Of a stretch of DNA of 64,000 nt, positions 47,121 to 58,569 are shown piece by piece. Within the stretch, counting starts at the first letter, position 1; each line of letters opens with the position of its first letter. The stretch is from an uncultured virus (IMG/VR IMGVR_UViG_3300024324_000019) (lineage: Duplodnaviria; Heunggongvirae; Uroviricota; Caudoviricetes): IMG/VR virus record IMGVR_UViG_3300024324_000019. One strand, given 5' to 3'. Under the pieces are notes generated by a model, which saw nothing but the letters and a program-made list of their open reading frames with translations, did not search any database and was not told the origin of the DNA. The position numbers and the translations under genes are program-made.

Positions 47121-48635
47121 ATGCCATCATTAGTCACCTCTAAATTTAGAGTCTATAACGCCGACCAGTTCAAGGAAGCCCTTGGCGAAGCGGCGCCTTC
47201 ATATCTCTATATGTTTATAGGGCGCACACGGTCATGGACTGACGACAACAACCCACCAACTCCTATCGACGCAACAGCAAACACCGAGTTTGAACACTGG
47301 CGCGATATGATGAGCGCCAAGCGAGTTCAATCTACTGACCTCTCTCTTGTAGCCCGTCGTGTTGATTGGACAACAGGTACCGTATATACCGAATACTCGC
47401 ATACGGCTGACTTGAATACGGCTGATTTCTTTGTTCTTACTGAAGATTTCAATGTCTATAAATGCCTGTTCAATGACAACGGTGCAACGTCAACCACAAA
47501 GCCAACTGGCACAAGCACAACAGCGATAACAACGGCTGATGGTTATATCTGGAAATTCATGTATACCCTGACGGCTGCTGATGCTGTGAAGTTTTTGACA
47601 GAGGATTATATACCTGTAAAGACTCTTTCAAGCGACGACGGTACGACCCAATGGGATGTGCAAGCGGCTGCTGTGAACGGTTCTATTGAGGTTGTTGAAG
47701 TTACAAACGGTGGAACACAATTCGATAATTACAATACTGGTACATTGGTCTCTGTTGCTAACACAACACAGATGGTCATTGATGCCGGAGCAAGCCCGGT
47801 CGATAATCTATACAACACCAATACCCTATATGTGACGGGCGGAACAGGTGTTGGTCAGCAACGAACAATTTCAGGCTATACAGGTTCATCAAAAACTGTG
47901 GTCGTGGGTACTGCTTTCACCACTCTATTGGATGGCACCTCAACTTATTCTATCGCACCTACTGTCGCTATATCTGGCGATGGTACATTAGCGACGGCTA
48001 TTGCTTCAATGAACGTGACCTCGAATACTGTCTATTCAATGACGGTTACTGCGGTTGGTTCTAGTTACACAACAGCAACTGTGGCTGTAACAGGCAACGG
48101 TGTATCTGGTGTGACTGGTTCTGCATATGTTGGACCACCAAGCGGTCACGGTGCTGATGCCGCTCAAGAATTGATGGGTTACAATGTTCTCTTGAACACC
48201 AAATTCGATAAGGGTGAATCAGGTACATTCACAACAGGTAATGACTTCCGAGTTATTGGTTTGTTGCGCGACCCACTACTGGCTAACGGTTCTTCTGCAA
48301 CAGCCTCATCATACGACCAATCAACTGCTTTGACTATTACTGGTATCTCCGGTACATTCACAAATGATGAAATCGTAACAGGTGGAACATCGACCACCAC
48401 AGGCTATGTGGTTCAAGCGAATACGACACTGGTCAATGCGACACAAACTGATGGGCTATTTACAGTAGCAGAGACCCTTACCGGTACAGACTCTGGTGCG
48501 ACAGCAACGGTTTCTGTTGCGAACAACGGACCTCTGTTAGATTTCTCAGGCGATATTATGTACGTTGAACATCGGTCACCTGTTAGTCGTGCGGCTGACC
48601 AGATCGAGGATGTGAAGCTCGTAATCCGTTTTTGA
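47121..48635 (+). CDS. 8: Baseplate wedge protein gp8
   Basis: Y.FIG....W.....PP.P, VYKC..N, DGY.WK.MY, SG...Y.E.R....R..DQ.E..K....F. Confidence 0.92.
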   Translation: MPSLVTSKFRVYNADQFKEALGEAAPSYLYMFIGRTRSWTDDNNPPTPIDATANTEFEHWRDMMSAKRVQSTDLSLVARRVDWTTGTVYTEYSHTADLNTADFFVLTEDFNVYKCLFNDNGATSTTKPTGTSTTAITTADGYIWKFMYTLTAADAVKFLTEDYIPVKTLSSDDGTTQWDVQAAAVNGSIEVVEVTNGGTQFDNYNTGTLVSVANTTQMVIDAGASPVDNLYNTNTLYVTGGTGVGQQRTISGYTGSSKTVVVGTAFTTLLDGTSTYSIAPTVAISGDGTLATAIASMNVTSNTVYSMTVTAVGSSYTTATVAVTGNGVSGVTGSAYVGPPSGHGADAAQELMGYNVLLNTKFDKGESGTFTTGNDFRVIGLLRDPLLANGSSATASSYDQSTALTITGISGTFTNDEIVTGGTSTTTGYVVQANTTLVNATQTDGLFTVAETLTGTDSGATATVSVANNGPLLDFSGDIMYVEHRSPVSRAADQIEDVKLVIRF

Positions 48636-48696
48636 TGTCAAAAGCGTTATACAATTCTAAATTCTTATAAATACATGATACAACAAAGGAATTATC

Positions 48697-49440
48697 ATGT
48701 ATCATATTTACAGAATAACGAACATTAAAAACGACAAGAACTATATCGGGCTTACTAAGAATACAATTGAGGGGCGCTTTGATGAACATAAGAAAAGTGG
48801 TTATGATTTACATGAGGCAATGATTTCTTTAGGGACCCATAATTTCTCCATAGAAGAAATTGATTCGGTAGAAACTATTGAAGAAGCGACCGCGCTGGAA
48901 AAGTTTTATGTTGAAAAATACGACAGTTTTGATAATGGCTATAACATGAATAAAGGTGGTTCTGGACTATTCATACATAGTGATGAAACAAAGAAGAAAA
49001 TGAGTGATAATAATCATTGGAGGGGTAAAGACCGTTCTGGTGATTTAAATCCAATGTTCGGTAGGAAACATAGTGCCGAAGCCATAGAGAAGATGAGGCG
49101 AAACCGTAGGGGTAAAACCGCTGGTATTAATCATCCACTATACGGTAAAAAACATAGTGATGAAACAAAGAAGAAAATGAGTGAAAAGGCTACAGGAAGA
49201 ACTGCGCCAAACAAAGGTGTTCCTATGTCAGCAATATCGAAGAAGAAATTAAGCGAAAGTAAAATGGGTATCGTGAGGAACACTAAAAAATGGTTACTCA
49301 CACACCCCGATGGTACAGAAGAAATAATAGAGAATATGTCGAAATATTGTAAAGAAAATAATCTACATGCTGGTAATATGTCCTCGGTTGCCAGTGGTAA
49401 ACTAAAACAATACAAAGGCTATTTTGTCCAAGTATTATAA
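48697..49440 (+). CDS. GIY-YIG homing endonuclease with NUMOD3 repeats
   Basis: IYRITN..N.K.YIG.T, GYN...GG, HSDETKKKMS twice, NPMFGRKHS. Confidence 0.92.
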   Translation: MYHIYRITNIKNDKNYIGLTKNTIEGRFDEHKKSGYDLHEAMISLGTHNFSIEEIDSVETIEEATALEKFYVEKYDSFDNGYNMNKGGSGLFIHSDETKKKMSDNNHWRGKDRSGDLNPMFGRKHSAEAIEKMRRNRRGKTAGINHPLYGKKHSDETKKKMSEKATGRTAPNKGVPMSAISKKKLSESKMGIVRNTKKWLLTHPDGTEEIIENMSKYCKENNLHAGNMSSVASGKLKQYKGYFVQVL

Positions 49441-49473
49441 ATATACATGAATGAAGACACGAAAGTATAGCGA

Positions 49474-52400
49474 ATGACTTTAACCACCGACTTAAATGTG
49501 GACCCGTACTACGACGATTTTGATGAAGACAACGATTTTCATCGAATTCTGTTCCGTCCAGGTTTCGCGGTACAAGCCCGTGAACTAACGCAGATTCAAT
49601 CCTATCTACAGGACCAGATTGCGAAGCATGGTACCCACGTTTTTAAAGAAGGCACGATTGTTGCTGGTTGTGAACTATCACTCGACCTCGAATACAACTA
49701 CGTTCATTTGCGCGATGATAACCACGGCGGCGGTACTGTTGATGCTTCTTTATTCGATGGTACGACAATCACTGGTAATACAAGTGGTGTAACCGCACAA
49801 GTTGTTGGTTATGCTGCAGGTACAGAAGTTGGTGCACCTGAATACAATACTCTGTTCGTCAAATATACCTCTTCTGGTTCTAACAATACCTCACAACTAT
49901 TTTCGGCTAATGAAGTATTGACCTCTAACTCAGGTCTAAACGCCAACGTCGTAAACACAACAACACAGGCTGGTCTTGGTTCGGCTGTTACTATTGACGC
50001 CGGTATCATCTATGCCAAAGGAAACTTCATTCGTGTTTCTAAGCAGACTGTTACCCTCGACAAATACACACCGACACCGTCATACAAAATCGGTTACACA
50101 ATTACGGAATCTACCGTAGATTCTACCTCAGACGCCACTCTGTTAGATCCTGCACAGGGTTCATTCAACTTTGCGGCCCCTGGTGCTGACCGTTTCAAGA
50201 TGGTAGCCACACTGGCTACGAAATCTTTGAACACAACCGACCTTACCGACTTCTATGAATTGATGCAGATTGATGCTGGTGTTGTGAAAGCCCGTGGTGA
50301 CCGTACTCAATATGCGGAACTACGCAAAGAATTCGCTCGTCGTACATTTGACGAGTCGGGCAACTACACCGTACAACCAATGCCAATTCGTGTTCGTGAA
50401 CACTTGAATGATGGCACAAACCTTGGTTATCTAACACTGGCTAACTCTGGTGACGTAAACAAATTAGCCATCGGTGTTGAAGCCGGTAAAGCATTCGTAC
50501 ACGGCTTTGAATACGAAACTCTGGTAACTACCTATCTTGAAACTGATAAGGGCACCGATGCTCTTGAGGTTGAAGCACAACCAATTCCAGCCAACTATGG
50601 TAACTATGTTCTTGTCAATGAAATGTCGGGTATCTGGAATACTGATGGTATCCCTTCCGTTTCCTTGAGAGACACAGCGGCAGATTCTGTTACATCTGGT
50701 ACATACGGTATTACAGCGGCTCCTGGCTCTGAAGTAGGTACTGCTTACATCCGGGCTGTAGTTTACGAATCAGGTGACCCTGGTGATGCGGCTTGTGTTT
50801 ATCGTTTATATCTCTTTGATATTCAGATGACTTCTGGCACATTTGGCGCCGTGAGAAGTATATATCTGGACAACTCCTCGGGTGCAGATGCTTTCGGTGA
50901 TCCCGTTTTGGAATCATCCTTGGCTGTCTTGAAAGAAACTGGTTTCAATACCAGCGTCTTTGCCATTCCACAAAGTTACACAAAACGCCTGCGTGACTCA
51001 ACTGGCTCGATCGATAACACCTTCCAATTCCTTAAAGACTTTGAAGTAACGATGGCGACAGACGGCACATTTGCTGTTGCAACTGGTGAAGCCGATGAGG
51101 TGTATGCCGCAACAGGCGCCTTGAACGCCACACAAAAACTAGATGGTTTCGTTGTGTCAATGAAAAGCAACGCAGAGACAACCGCTCTGACTGGTACAGC
51201 ATCATTGACAACAAGCACCGTGACTGGTATAGGCACTGCTTTCCAAACTGAATTTGATGTTGGTGACCAAATCAAGCTTGGTGGAAACGGTCCATATATC
51301 ATTGATGGTATCCCAACCCAAACTTCTTTGACTATTACAACAGCACCTGGTAACCTTTCTTCTAACACATATACAAAGTGGCTAGAATCTGGAACCATCC
51401 TTGATATGTCAGGCGTCACTACAGGTGGAACCCGAGGAATTGTCGGTTCGTCACCCAGTTCGGCGTTCACTGTACTACAAACTTTGACCGGAACATCTAC
51501 GGTATCTGTCCAAGCGAAACTTCAAAAGACTGACGGTCAAGAGATTGCTAAGACAAGCAACCAGGCTCGTTATGTCATGATCCGCACCGACACCCACAGC
51601 GAAACAACTGCTGGTCCTTGGGGTCTAGGCCTATCTGATGTTTACCAAATCACTGAAGTCCGTAAGAAAGCAACAGCCTTTACTGCGGTCGGTGAAGGTA
51701 CAGACGTTACTACGCATTTCGAATTAGACACGGGCCAAAAAGATAACTATTATGACCATGCCTTGCTTGAACAAAAAGCATCATCGACTCTGACAATCAC
51801 CTCCGGTGACTATATCCTTATCAAATTGGATCACTTCACCCATGATACCTCATCGGGTATCGGTTACCTTTCCGTTGACTCGTATCCTATCAATGATGCG
51901 AACACGGCTGACACGACCGCAATCACGACCAAAGAAATTCCTATCTTCACTTCACCAACAACTGGTGCTCAGTTTGATTTGAGGGATTCCATTGATATAC
52001 GACCGTTCCGCGCCAACACAGCCATAAGCACAACAACATTTGGCACTGTAACAACGAACCCAGCCAATTCATCCGTATTTCAGGTTACTTCTGCTGGTGT
52101 GCATATGTCAGCACCGAACGAGAACATGACATTTGACCTTGAGTATTATCTTGGTCGTAAAGACAAAGTTGTTCTTGACCTTGAGGGAACATTCAAAGTC
52201 CTTAAAGGCGCACCATCATTAACGCCTAAGACACCGGAAGATATTGACTCCGCTATGTCTCTGGCTGTTGTTACTATTCCACCTTATCCTTCACTGGCTC
52301 CTAACGTGGCCCGTGACATTGGTAGATCAGAACTATCGTCTACCATTCGTCAAATGGATAACAGACGTTTCACAATGAAAGATATTTCTGTTCTTGAACA

Positions 52401-55400
52401 GCGTATCAACAACCTTGAATATTACACCTCTCTATCACTACTGGAAAAAGATACTGGCGAACTTCAAATTCTTGATGGTTCTGGCGTAGACAGATTCAAG
52501 AATGGTATGTTCGTAGACCCATTTACTGGGCATGGTCAAGGTGATGTAACCAACACAGATTACAAAATCGCAATAGACGAGAAAGAACAATCTGCAAGAC
52601 CTCAGTTTTCTTTATACAACAACGAACTCGATTATGACTCAAGCAACTCGACCAATATCGTGCTTCAGCCTAATGATGCCCGTCTTGATGTAACACCTAT
52701 TGCGGGCACTTTCACCATACGTGAAGATGTTTATCAGGGTGCGAACCTCGGCGCAGCAACAGCCCAGGGTAAAATTGTTCACGACAACACTGACCGCTTA
52801 TATATTGAAATTACTTCCGGCACATGGGCAGTCTCGACTACAGCAACAGGCGATTCGTCTGGCGCAACAGCCACAGTGACAGCAATTCAATTGCCTACTG
52901 ATGGCGAACTATTGACCCTACCATACACCCACTCTGTTCAAGTTCACCAGCCGTTCGCGTCTAAGACACGCAACGCAGTTGGCGAACTATTGTTCCATTG
53001 GGTTGGTACAATGACTCTCAATCCTGACCAAGATAACTGGACCGATACTTCACAGAAGCCTGACGTTCAAGTAAACTTCGATGGCAACATGGACGCATGG
53101 GAAACTCTCTCAAACGCCTGGGGTACGCAATGGAACGATTGGCAAACTAACTGGACGGGTTCTTCTACTTCTTCTGAAACAGCCGACGTTGGTGTTAACC
53201 GTATTACATTCGCCGGTGGCGGTCAAGGATCTATCTTTGGTCGTACAGAAACAACAAGAACAACGACGACAACACAGCGCCAGTCTCGTACTGGTATTCA
53301 GTTAAACGTGCGTCCTGGTACTCAGACACAGAGTATCGGTCCTAAAGTTGTTGACGTTTCTGTTATTCCGTTTATGCGTTCTCGCGTCATTCAGGTAACA
53401 GCCGAAAGCCTAAAACCTAACACCCGTGTCTATGCCTTCTTTGATGATGAAGATGTAAGTGCCTACTGTGCTAGTGTTTCAGCCTTTACCGAAGCCTTAT
53501 TGACTGCACCGTCTTACGGTTCAAGTATGGTCACAGACGCCAACGGGCAACTGTTGATGGTGTTCCGTATTCCTAACGATAGCACACTTCAATTCCGCAC
53601 AGGTTTGAAATCTCTGAAACTTACAGACAGCCCGCTTAATGTGGACAGTGACGTTTCAACATCCGCCGTTGCGAACTATAACGCAACAGGTCTTCTTCAA
53701 ACAACCGAAGACACGATTATTTCTACAAGAACACCTGATGTTTCGATAGGCACGGTCGGCGATACTCGCAGAACGTCCGACGTTTCTGTTGTAACAACAT
53801 CGGGTGAACGCTTTGTGGGCAGAACGCCTGCGGCCACTGTTACTAACGTAACCAATGTTAGCAACGTAACCAATGTTACCCGAGCTACAACCAATGTTAC
53901 CGTTGTCAATGTAGAACAGCAGAACGCTATCAATAGATTTAATAGGGACGCCACAGGTTTTGACGGTCCCGGCAATGGTCCACCTGACCCACTCGCTCAA
54001 TCATTCTATGTTCGTCAACCCGGCGGTCTCTTTGTATCTAAGATTGATATCTATTTCCAGACCAAATCGACCACACTACCAATCACGATCGAAATTCGTG
54101 AAATGATAAACGGTCTCCCTGGTCCTAAGGTCGTACCATTCGGCTCTAAGACGTTGTACCCAGCCGCGATCAATATTTCAACTACCGCAGCGAAGGTTAC
54201 ACCGTTCCATTTTGACAGCCCTGTTTATCTCCGCAGCGAACAAGAATACGTGATGGTACTGAAGCCAGCTGGTAACTCACCCGACTATAATGTTTGGGTA
54301 TCAGAGCTTGGCGAATTCGATATCTTTGATACCACAATTCGTATCACAAAGCAACCAGCCGCGGGTGTACTGTTCACTTCGGCTAACGACAGAACATGGA
54401 CTCAGCACCAATCTGAAGATCTCAAGTTCACAATTCACCGTGCGGCGTTTGATGAAACTGCAACAGGCAGCGTAAGGCTTACAAACGAAGCATCCGAATT
54501 TTTCCAATTGTCAGCCGCTAATACGGTGAACGTCGGCGAAGTTATTCATGGTGAACCAAAAATTACCGTGACATATACTGCTGGCGTTGCTAACGTTGGT
54601 GATGTTGTGACTGGCGCTACCTCTGGCGCTAACGGTACAATCACTGCCGTATCAGGAGCCGGACCATACATAATTAGCGTCAAGGATGTACCAACCGGTA
54701 CCAAATTCAGTAGCACCGAAAACATTACAACCAGCCTCGGTGGTATATTTGACGTTTCAAGCCAATCAACACCACAGGGCGTTATCAAGTATTACGACCC
54801 GAACGATTCGGCTGATATCAAACTTCATCTTGGTTCAACACCTTCGGTTGCTGTATCGGGTGATTTCATTGTCGGTGAAAATCTCAGGGGTCAAACTTCA
54901 GGAAAGGATGTATTGATCACCGCGCTTGATAATATCGTTCTTGATACCATGAACCCACAGATTCAAGCATTGAAATTCAATGGCACAGAAACCACATGGA
55001 GTATCAAAACCACCAATACTTCAGACGTTATTGATGTAACTGGTACGGCTATTGAAGTCAATGAGAATTATGACTTGACGGCTGAAAAACGTATTCTTGG
55101 TCAAACGGCTGAAAGTGGCACAAAGTCATATCAATTGACGGGTACACTGACAACAACGACCAACGTTCTATCACCTGCAATTGATACCAAGCGTATCTCT
55201 AATATATCTGTTGAAAACAAAATCAACAACGTATCAACGGGTGAAACAGGAGCCGCTGGTTCCGCACTGGCTAAATATATCTCTCGTCAAATCACTCTTG
55301 ATGATGGGCAAGATGCAGAAGATATGAAAGTTTATCTGACAGCATATAATCCAGCCCTTGCGACCATTGAAGTGTATTACAAGATCCAGAACGGTGAAGA

Positions 55401-55677
55401 CGGTGGTGCTTTCAAAGACAAAGCATGGGTTGAAATGACTCAGGTCACCTCAACAACTACCGTATCTGATAGTGAATTGAAAAGTGATTGGAAAGAATTT
55501 GAATATGCCATTCCTACGGCTAACCTAACGGGTAGTAGTAGCGAAGTGCAATATGTAGCCGACTCTATCACATATACCGGTTACCTTACATTCGCAATCA
55601 AGGTCGTTCTGCTAAGTTCTGATACTTCACAAGTACCACGTATCAAAGATCTAAGAACGCTGGCTATACAGGTGTAA
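49474..55677 (+). CDS. Large virion structural protein (DUF4815/VrlC-like)
   Basis: PY.DDF, LF.PG..VQARELTQ.Q, APGADR, RTFDESG.Y, YYTSLSLLE, DPLAQSF, EDLKF. Confidence 0.85.
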   Translation: MTLTTDLNVDPYYDDFDEDNDFHRILFRPGFAVQARELTQIQSYLQDQIAKHGTHVFKEGTIVAGCELSLDLEYNYVHLRDDNHGGGTVDASLFDGTTITGNTSGVTAQVVGYAAGTEVGAPEYNTLFVKYTSSGSNNTSQLFSANEVLTSNSGLNANVVNTTTQAGLGSAVTIDAGIIYAKGNFIRVSKQTVTLDKYTPTPSYKIGYTITESTVDSTSDATLLDPAQGSFNFAAPGADRFKMVATLATKSLNTTDLTDFYELMQIDAGVVKARGDRTQYAELRKEFARRTFDESGNYTVQPMPIRVREHLNDGTNLGYLTLANSGDVNKLAIGVEAGKAFVHGFEYETLVTTYLETDKGTDALEVEAQPIPANYGNYVLVNEMSGIWNTDGIPSVSLRDTAADSVTSGTYGITAAPGSEVGTAYIRAVVYESGDPGDAACVYRLYLFDIQMTSGTFGAVRSIYLDNSSGADAFGDPVLESSLAVLKETGFNTSVFAIPQSYTKRLRDSTGSIDNTFQFLKDFEVTMATDGTFAVATGEADEVYAATGALNATQKLDGFVVSMKSNAETTALTGTASLTTSTVTGIGTAFQTEFDVGDQIKLGGNGPYIIDGIPTQTSLTITTAPGNLSSNTYTKWLESGTILDMSGVTTGGTRGIVGSSPSSAFTVLQTLTGTSTVSVQAKLQKTDGQEIAKTSNQARYVMIRTDTHSETTAGPWGLGLSDVYQITEVRKKATAFTAVGEGTDVTTHFELDTGQKDNYYDHALLEQKASSTLTITSGDYILIKLDHFTHDTSSGIGYLSVDSYPINDANTADTTAITTKEIPIFTSPTTGAQFDLRDSIDIRPFRANTAISTTTFGTVTTNPANSSVFQVTSAGVHMSAPNENMTFDLEYYLGRKDKVVLDLEGTFKVLKGAPSLTPKTPEDIDSAMSLAVVTIPPYPSLAPNVARDIGRSELSSTIRQMDNRRFTMKDISVLEQRINNLEYYTSLSLLEKDTGELQILDGSGVDRFKNGMFVDPFTGHGQGDVTNTDYKIAIDEKEQSARPQFSLYNNELDYDSSNSTNIVLQPNDARLDVTPIAGTFTIREDVYQGANLGAATAQGKIVHDNTDRLYIEITSGTWAVSTTATGDSSGATATVTAIQLPTDGELLTLPYTHSVQVHQPFASKTRNAVGELLFHWVGTMTLNPDQDNWTDTSQKPDVQVNFDGNMDAWETLSNAWGTQWNDWQTNWTGSSTSSETADVGVNRITFAGGGQGSIFGRTETTRTTTTTQRQSRTGIQLNVRPGTQTQSIGPKVVDVSVIPFMRSRVIQVTAESLKPNTRVYAFFDDEDVSAYCASVSAFTEALLTAPSYGSSMVTDANGQLLMVFRIPNDSTLQFRTGLKSLKLTDSPLNVDSDVSTSAVANYNATGLLQTTEDTIISTRTPDVSIGTVGDTRRTSDVSVVTTSGERFVGRTPAATVTNVTNVSNVTNVTRATTNVTVVNVEQQNAINRFNRDATGFDGPGNGPPDPLAQSFYVRQPGGLFVSKIDIYFQTKSTTLPITIEIREMINGLPGPKVVPFGSKTLYPAAINISTTAAKVTPFHFDSPVYLRSEQEYVMVLKPAGNSPDYNVWVSELGEFDIFDTTIRITKQPAAGVLFTSANDRTWTQHQSEDLKFTIHRAAFDETATGSVRLTNEASEFFQLSAANTVNVGEVIHGEPKITVTYTAGVANVGDVVTGATSGANGTITAVSGAGPYIISVKDVPTGTKFSSTENITTSLGGIFDVSSQSTPQGVIKYYDPNDSADIKLHLGSTPSVAVSGDFIVGENLRGQTSGKDVLITALDNIVLDTMNPQIQALKFNGTETTWSIKTTNTSDVIDVTGTAIEVNENYDLTAEKRILGQTAESGTKSYQLTGTLTTTTNVLSPAIDTKRISNISVENKINNVSTGETGAAGSALAKYISRQITLDDGQDAEDMKVYLTAYNPALATIEVYYKIQNGEDGGAFKDKAWVEMTQVTSTTTVSDSELKSDWKEFEYAIPTANLTGSSSEVQYVADSITYTGYLTFAIKVVLLSSDTSQVPRIKDLRTLAIQV

Positions 55678-55680
55678 CGT

Positions 55681-55893
55681 ATGAGAAATTTTGCACATGT
55701 AGAAGACACCAAATATAAAGTCCGTGATATGGATTCAGGAGCCATTCTTTCAACAGATTTGGCTTCACTTGAATCATATAAAGCTGGTCGTTTATCACGC
55801 CAACAGGCTGCCTCTGATATAAATACTCTAAAGACAGAAATGTCGGAAATAAAAGCAATGCTCCATATGTTGCTTGAGAAGGAAAGTAAGTAA
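55681..55893 (+). CDS. Small conserved protein after the DUF4815-like gene
   Basis: VRD..SGAI...D, LK.EM.EIK.ML. Confidence 0.7.
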   Translation: MRNFAHVEDTKYKVRDMDSGAILSTDLASLESYKAGRLSRQQAASDINTLKTEMSEIKAMLHMLLEKESK

Positions 55894-57440
55894 TGGCGCT
55901 TCTATCTAACGTATATGTGCAAAATACTTTCGCAGAGTGGGTTTCGAATTATAACCTCACTGCGACGAAGATCAATGACATTACCCAAGGTCAAGACAAC
56001 TACCTTCATGTTGCTGGCGCACACGTAAACACGTTTACCACAAACACTTCTAGTTCCAACAATCTGACCATTGCTGTTTCCGCCAGCTTTGATGGAAACA
56101 CTGATTTTGTTGCCACATCAAATGTGATAATCCAACAAGCGAACAACCTACATATCATGGGTGGTACCAGCGGGTACTATCTACAAACGAACGGTTCCGG
56201 TTTACTTGAATGGGCAGCGGGTTCGGCTGTAAACGATTTCAGCGACCTTACAGGCACAATCGCCAACAACCAATTTGACCATTCTCATTCAATCGCAGCC
56301 AACACAACATGGACTGGCGCAAACACGGTCTTTGAATCGGCTAATATAAACTTCGGTAGCGTTGCCAGCCTGCACATCGACGGCGGAACAGCCGGATATG
56401 CTCTGACAACAGATGGCGCTGGTACCTTATCATGGGCTGAAAGTTCAGCCGGTGGCGCTTCTCTCGATCACGACGAATTTACAGGCACTGGTGCTTGTAC
56501 CGAATTTACTGTAACAACAAGCCCTCCTAACACTTCATCCCTTATGGTATGGGTAGGCGGCGCGATTCAAACACCGGTGACAAATTATTCAGTCAACGGC
56601 AATACAGTAACCTTCACTTCCGCGCCTAGCAACCTCTCACAGATTTACACCATTAGTCTATCATCGGCTGATGTGACCGTCACAGCCGCAGACGATACCA
56701 TAGGAACATCAAAACTTCAGACTGGTTCTGTGACGTTTGAGAAAATAGCCGTGAATGCCAAACTATGGAAGTCTCATAGATGGACAGCAAACGGTACCGC
56801 TAACTCCTTTACGGTAACAACTTCACCCGCAAACTCAGACGGCGTATTTGTTATGGTTGGTGGTGTTGTTCAAGATTCAGAATTGAACTATACCGCTTCT
56901 GGTAACACAATCACCTTGAACGCTTCACCAGCGAACGGTGTACCTGTTGTTATTCGTAGTACCGGATTTACTTCTAATGTGGCTGTTGTCGCAGACCAAT
57001 CGGTGACCACGGCTAAACTATCTGCAAGCGCAGTTTCAACAGTCAAGATCGCAGACAGCGCAGTTTCAACAGTCAAGATTGCAAACAACGCAGTTTCGAC
57101 AATCAAGATTGCAAACGACGCCGTTACCTTCGCCAAGACCGATACAACATGGAACACAGCAACGTCAAACACAACGATGGTCGCCGGTGGTAGATACTTC
57201 GTTTCGACAACTGGTGGTGCCGTGACAATGACCTTGCCTGTAACACCAACACAAGGTGATTGGGTTCGTATTATCGACACGCAAGGAACCGCAGACACAA
57301 ATAACATTACTGTGGCGCGTGACGCTAACAGCATTTCTATTCAAGGATCAAATACCGATATGACAGTTTCCACAGAACGAGCCGCTTTCTCGCTAGTGTA
57401 TTTCAACACTACGCAGGGCTGGCTGTTGACGGAGGTTTAA
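55893..57440 (+). CDS. Tail fibre / baseplate-attached fibre protein
   Basis: L.T.G.G.L.W repeats, two ~70-aa repeats, AV.T.KIA repeats, gp9/gp10-like C-terminal TLP..P..GD...GW. Confidence 0.75.
   Translation: MALLSNVYVQNTFAEWVSNYNLTATKINDITQGQDNYLHVAGAHVNTFTTNTSSSNNLTIAVSASFDGNTDFVATSNVIIQQANNLHIMGGTSGYYLQTNGSGLLEWAAGSAVNDFSDLTGTIANNQFDHSHSIAANTTWTGANTVFESANINFGSVASLHIDGGTAGYALTTDGAGTLSWAESSAGGASLDHDEFTGTGACTEFTVTTSPPNTSSLMVWVGGAIQTPVTNYSVNGNTVTFTSAPSNLSQIYTISLSSADVTVTAADDTIGTSKLQTGSVTFEKIAVNAKLWKSHRWTANGTANSFTVTTSPANSDGVFVMVGGVVQDSELNYTASGNTITLNASPANGVPVVIRSTGFTSNVAVVADQSVTTAKLSASAVSTVKIADSAVSTVKIANNAVSTIKIANDAVTFAKTDTTWNTATSNTTMVAGGRYFVSTTGGAVTMTLPVTPTQGDWVRIIDTQGTADTNNITVARDANSISIQGSNTDMTVSTERAAFSLVYFNTTQGWLLTEV
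57029..57120 (+). repeat. 30-bp coding tandem repeat x3
   Basis: cgcagtttcaacagtcaagat.gca.ac.. encoding AVSTVKIA.N/S. Confidence 0.85.
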
Positions 57441-57443
57441 GAT

Positions 57444-58568
57444 ATGAGTACCTATAGCGATTTCAGAGCGACAGCAGGCGCTAGTGGTGGTAATCCTAAC
57501 ATGCTAATTAATGGTGGAATGGAAGTGGCTCAATTGGGTGACCAGACTTCTTTCGGCGCTACCAATAATGCTATTGGGGCCTGTGATCAATGGCAACAGC
57601 GAAGCGCAGGGACTATGACCGCGCGTGTTACTTCATCCCAGGAAGTTGACGGCGGTGTGGAAGCATTATATCCATGGCATAAATTACTTGTAACAACCGC
57701 AGACGCCTCGCCTGGTTCCACAGAAGGTTTCAAGATTGTCCAGAAAATTGAAACGCAAAATTGTCTGTCAGTAGTAAATAATACGACAGGTATCGAAGCA
57801 ACAACGCTATCAATGGATATAATTTTCCATGCCGATGGGGCAAGTTCTATCACGTTTCCCGCCACACTGGCATTGCAAGTGAGAACGCAAGTTGATGTTG
57901 GCAACCTATACAGTTATTGGGAAGAAGTAACGATCACTTCGGCCGATACATGGCAAAGAGTTTCGATATCTATTCCGGCAGATGCAAACCCAGGTTTTGA
58001 TAGAGAACTTTACGAAGATGCTTTGTGGGTAAGCGTTGGATTATACGGCGGAAGTACCCGGACTGATGCCGGCGGCTCATGGGGCACCACTGACCATTAC
58101 ACAACAACAGGCGCTGATAATTTGATGGATGCCACCAACAACTATATTGGTTTTACAAATGCTAAATTTGAAGCTGGCTCCTCGGCCACGGATTTTGTCC
58201 ATGAAACATATAACGAAAATTATTTGAAATGCCTTAGATATCAATATGTTCTTGTTCCGACCGGTGGTTTTAAATCCTTTGCTCATGGTATATCAGAAAC
58301 GGCGACTATCACAAGAATGACCGTCCGTTTCCCTGTTCCTATGAGAGCCGCGCCGACGCTCGGTGACTATACCGCCGCTCATTGGTATTCGGCCGATACG
58401 TTGACAGGGAGAGTAGGATCAGCCCTCAGTATTTCTTCGAACGCGGATACTGATATTGTGTATGGGGCTTTGGCTGTAACACATGCTAGTGGTACCACGC
58501 AATACCGCCCGGCAATACTTCAATCGACGGCAAGCGCGTCCGTAATGGTGATAAAGGCAGAAATGTAA
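57444..58568 (+). CDS. Tail fibre / receptor-binding module
   Basis: NPN..INGGM.V.Q ... K.E.GS.AT.F.HE ... KC.RY; paralogous to 62488. Confidence 0.7.
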   Translation: MSTYSDFRATAGASGGNPNMLINGGMEVAQLGDQTSFGATNNAIGACDQWQQRSAGTMTARVTSSQEVDGGVEALYPWHKLLVTTADASPGSTEGFKIVQKIETQNCLSVVNNTTGIEATTLSMDIIFHADGASSITFPATLALQVRTQVDVGNLYSYWEEVTITSADTWQRVSISIPADANPGFDRELYEDALWVSVGLYGGSTRTDAGGSWGTTDHYTTTGADNLMDATNNYIGFTNAKFEAGSSATDFVHETYNENYLKCLRYQYVLVPTGGFKSFAHGISETATITRMTVRFPVPMRAAPTLGDYTAAHWYSADTLTGRVGSALSISSNADTDIVYGALAVTHASGTTQYRPAILQSTASASVMVIKAEM

Positions 58569-58569
58569 A

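Noticed and set aside
31980..49440. Group I introns or inteins around the homing endonucleases
   Set aside because: Flanking genes look complete, one endonuclease is antisense, and no intron core or intein motifs were seen
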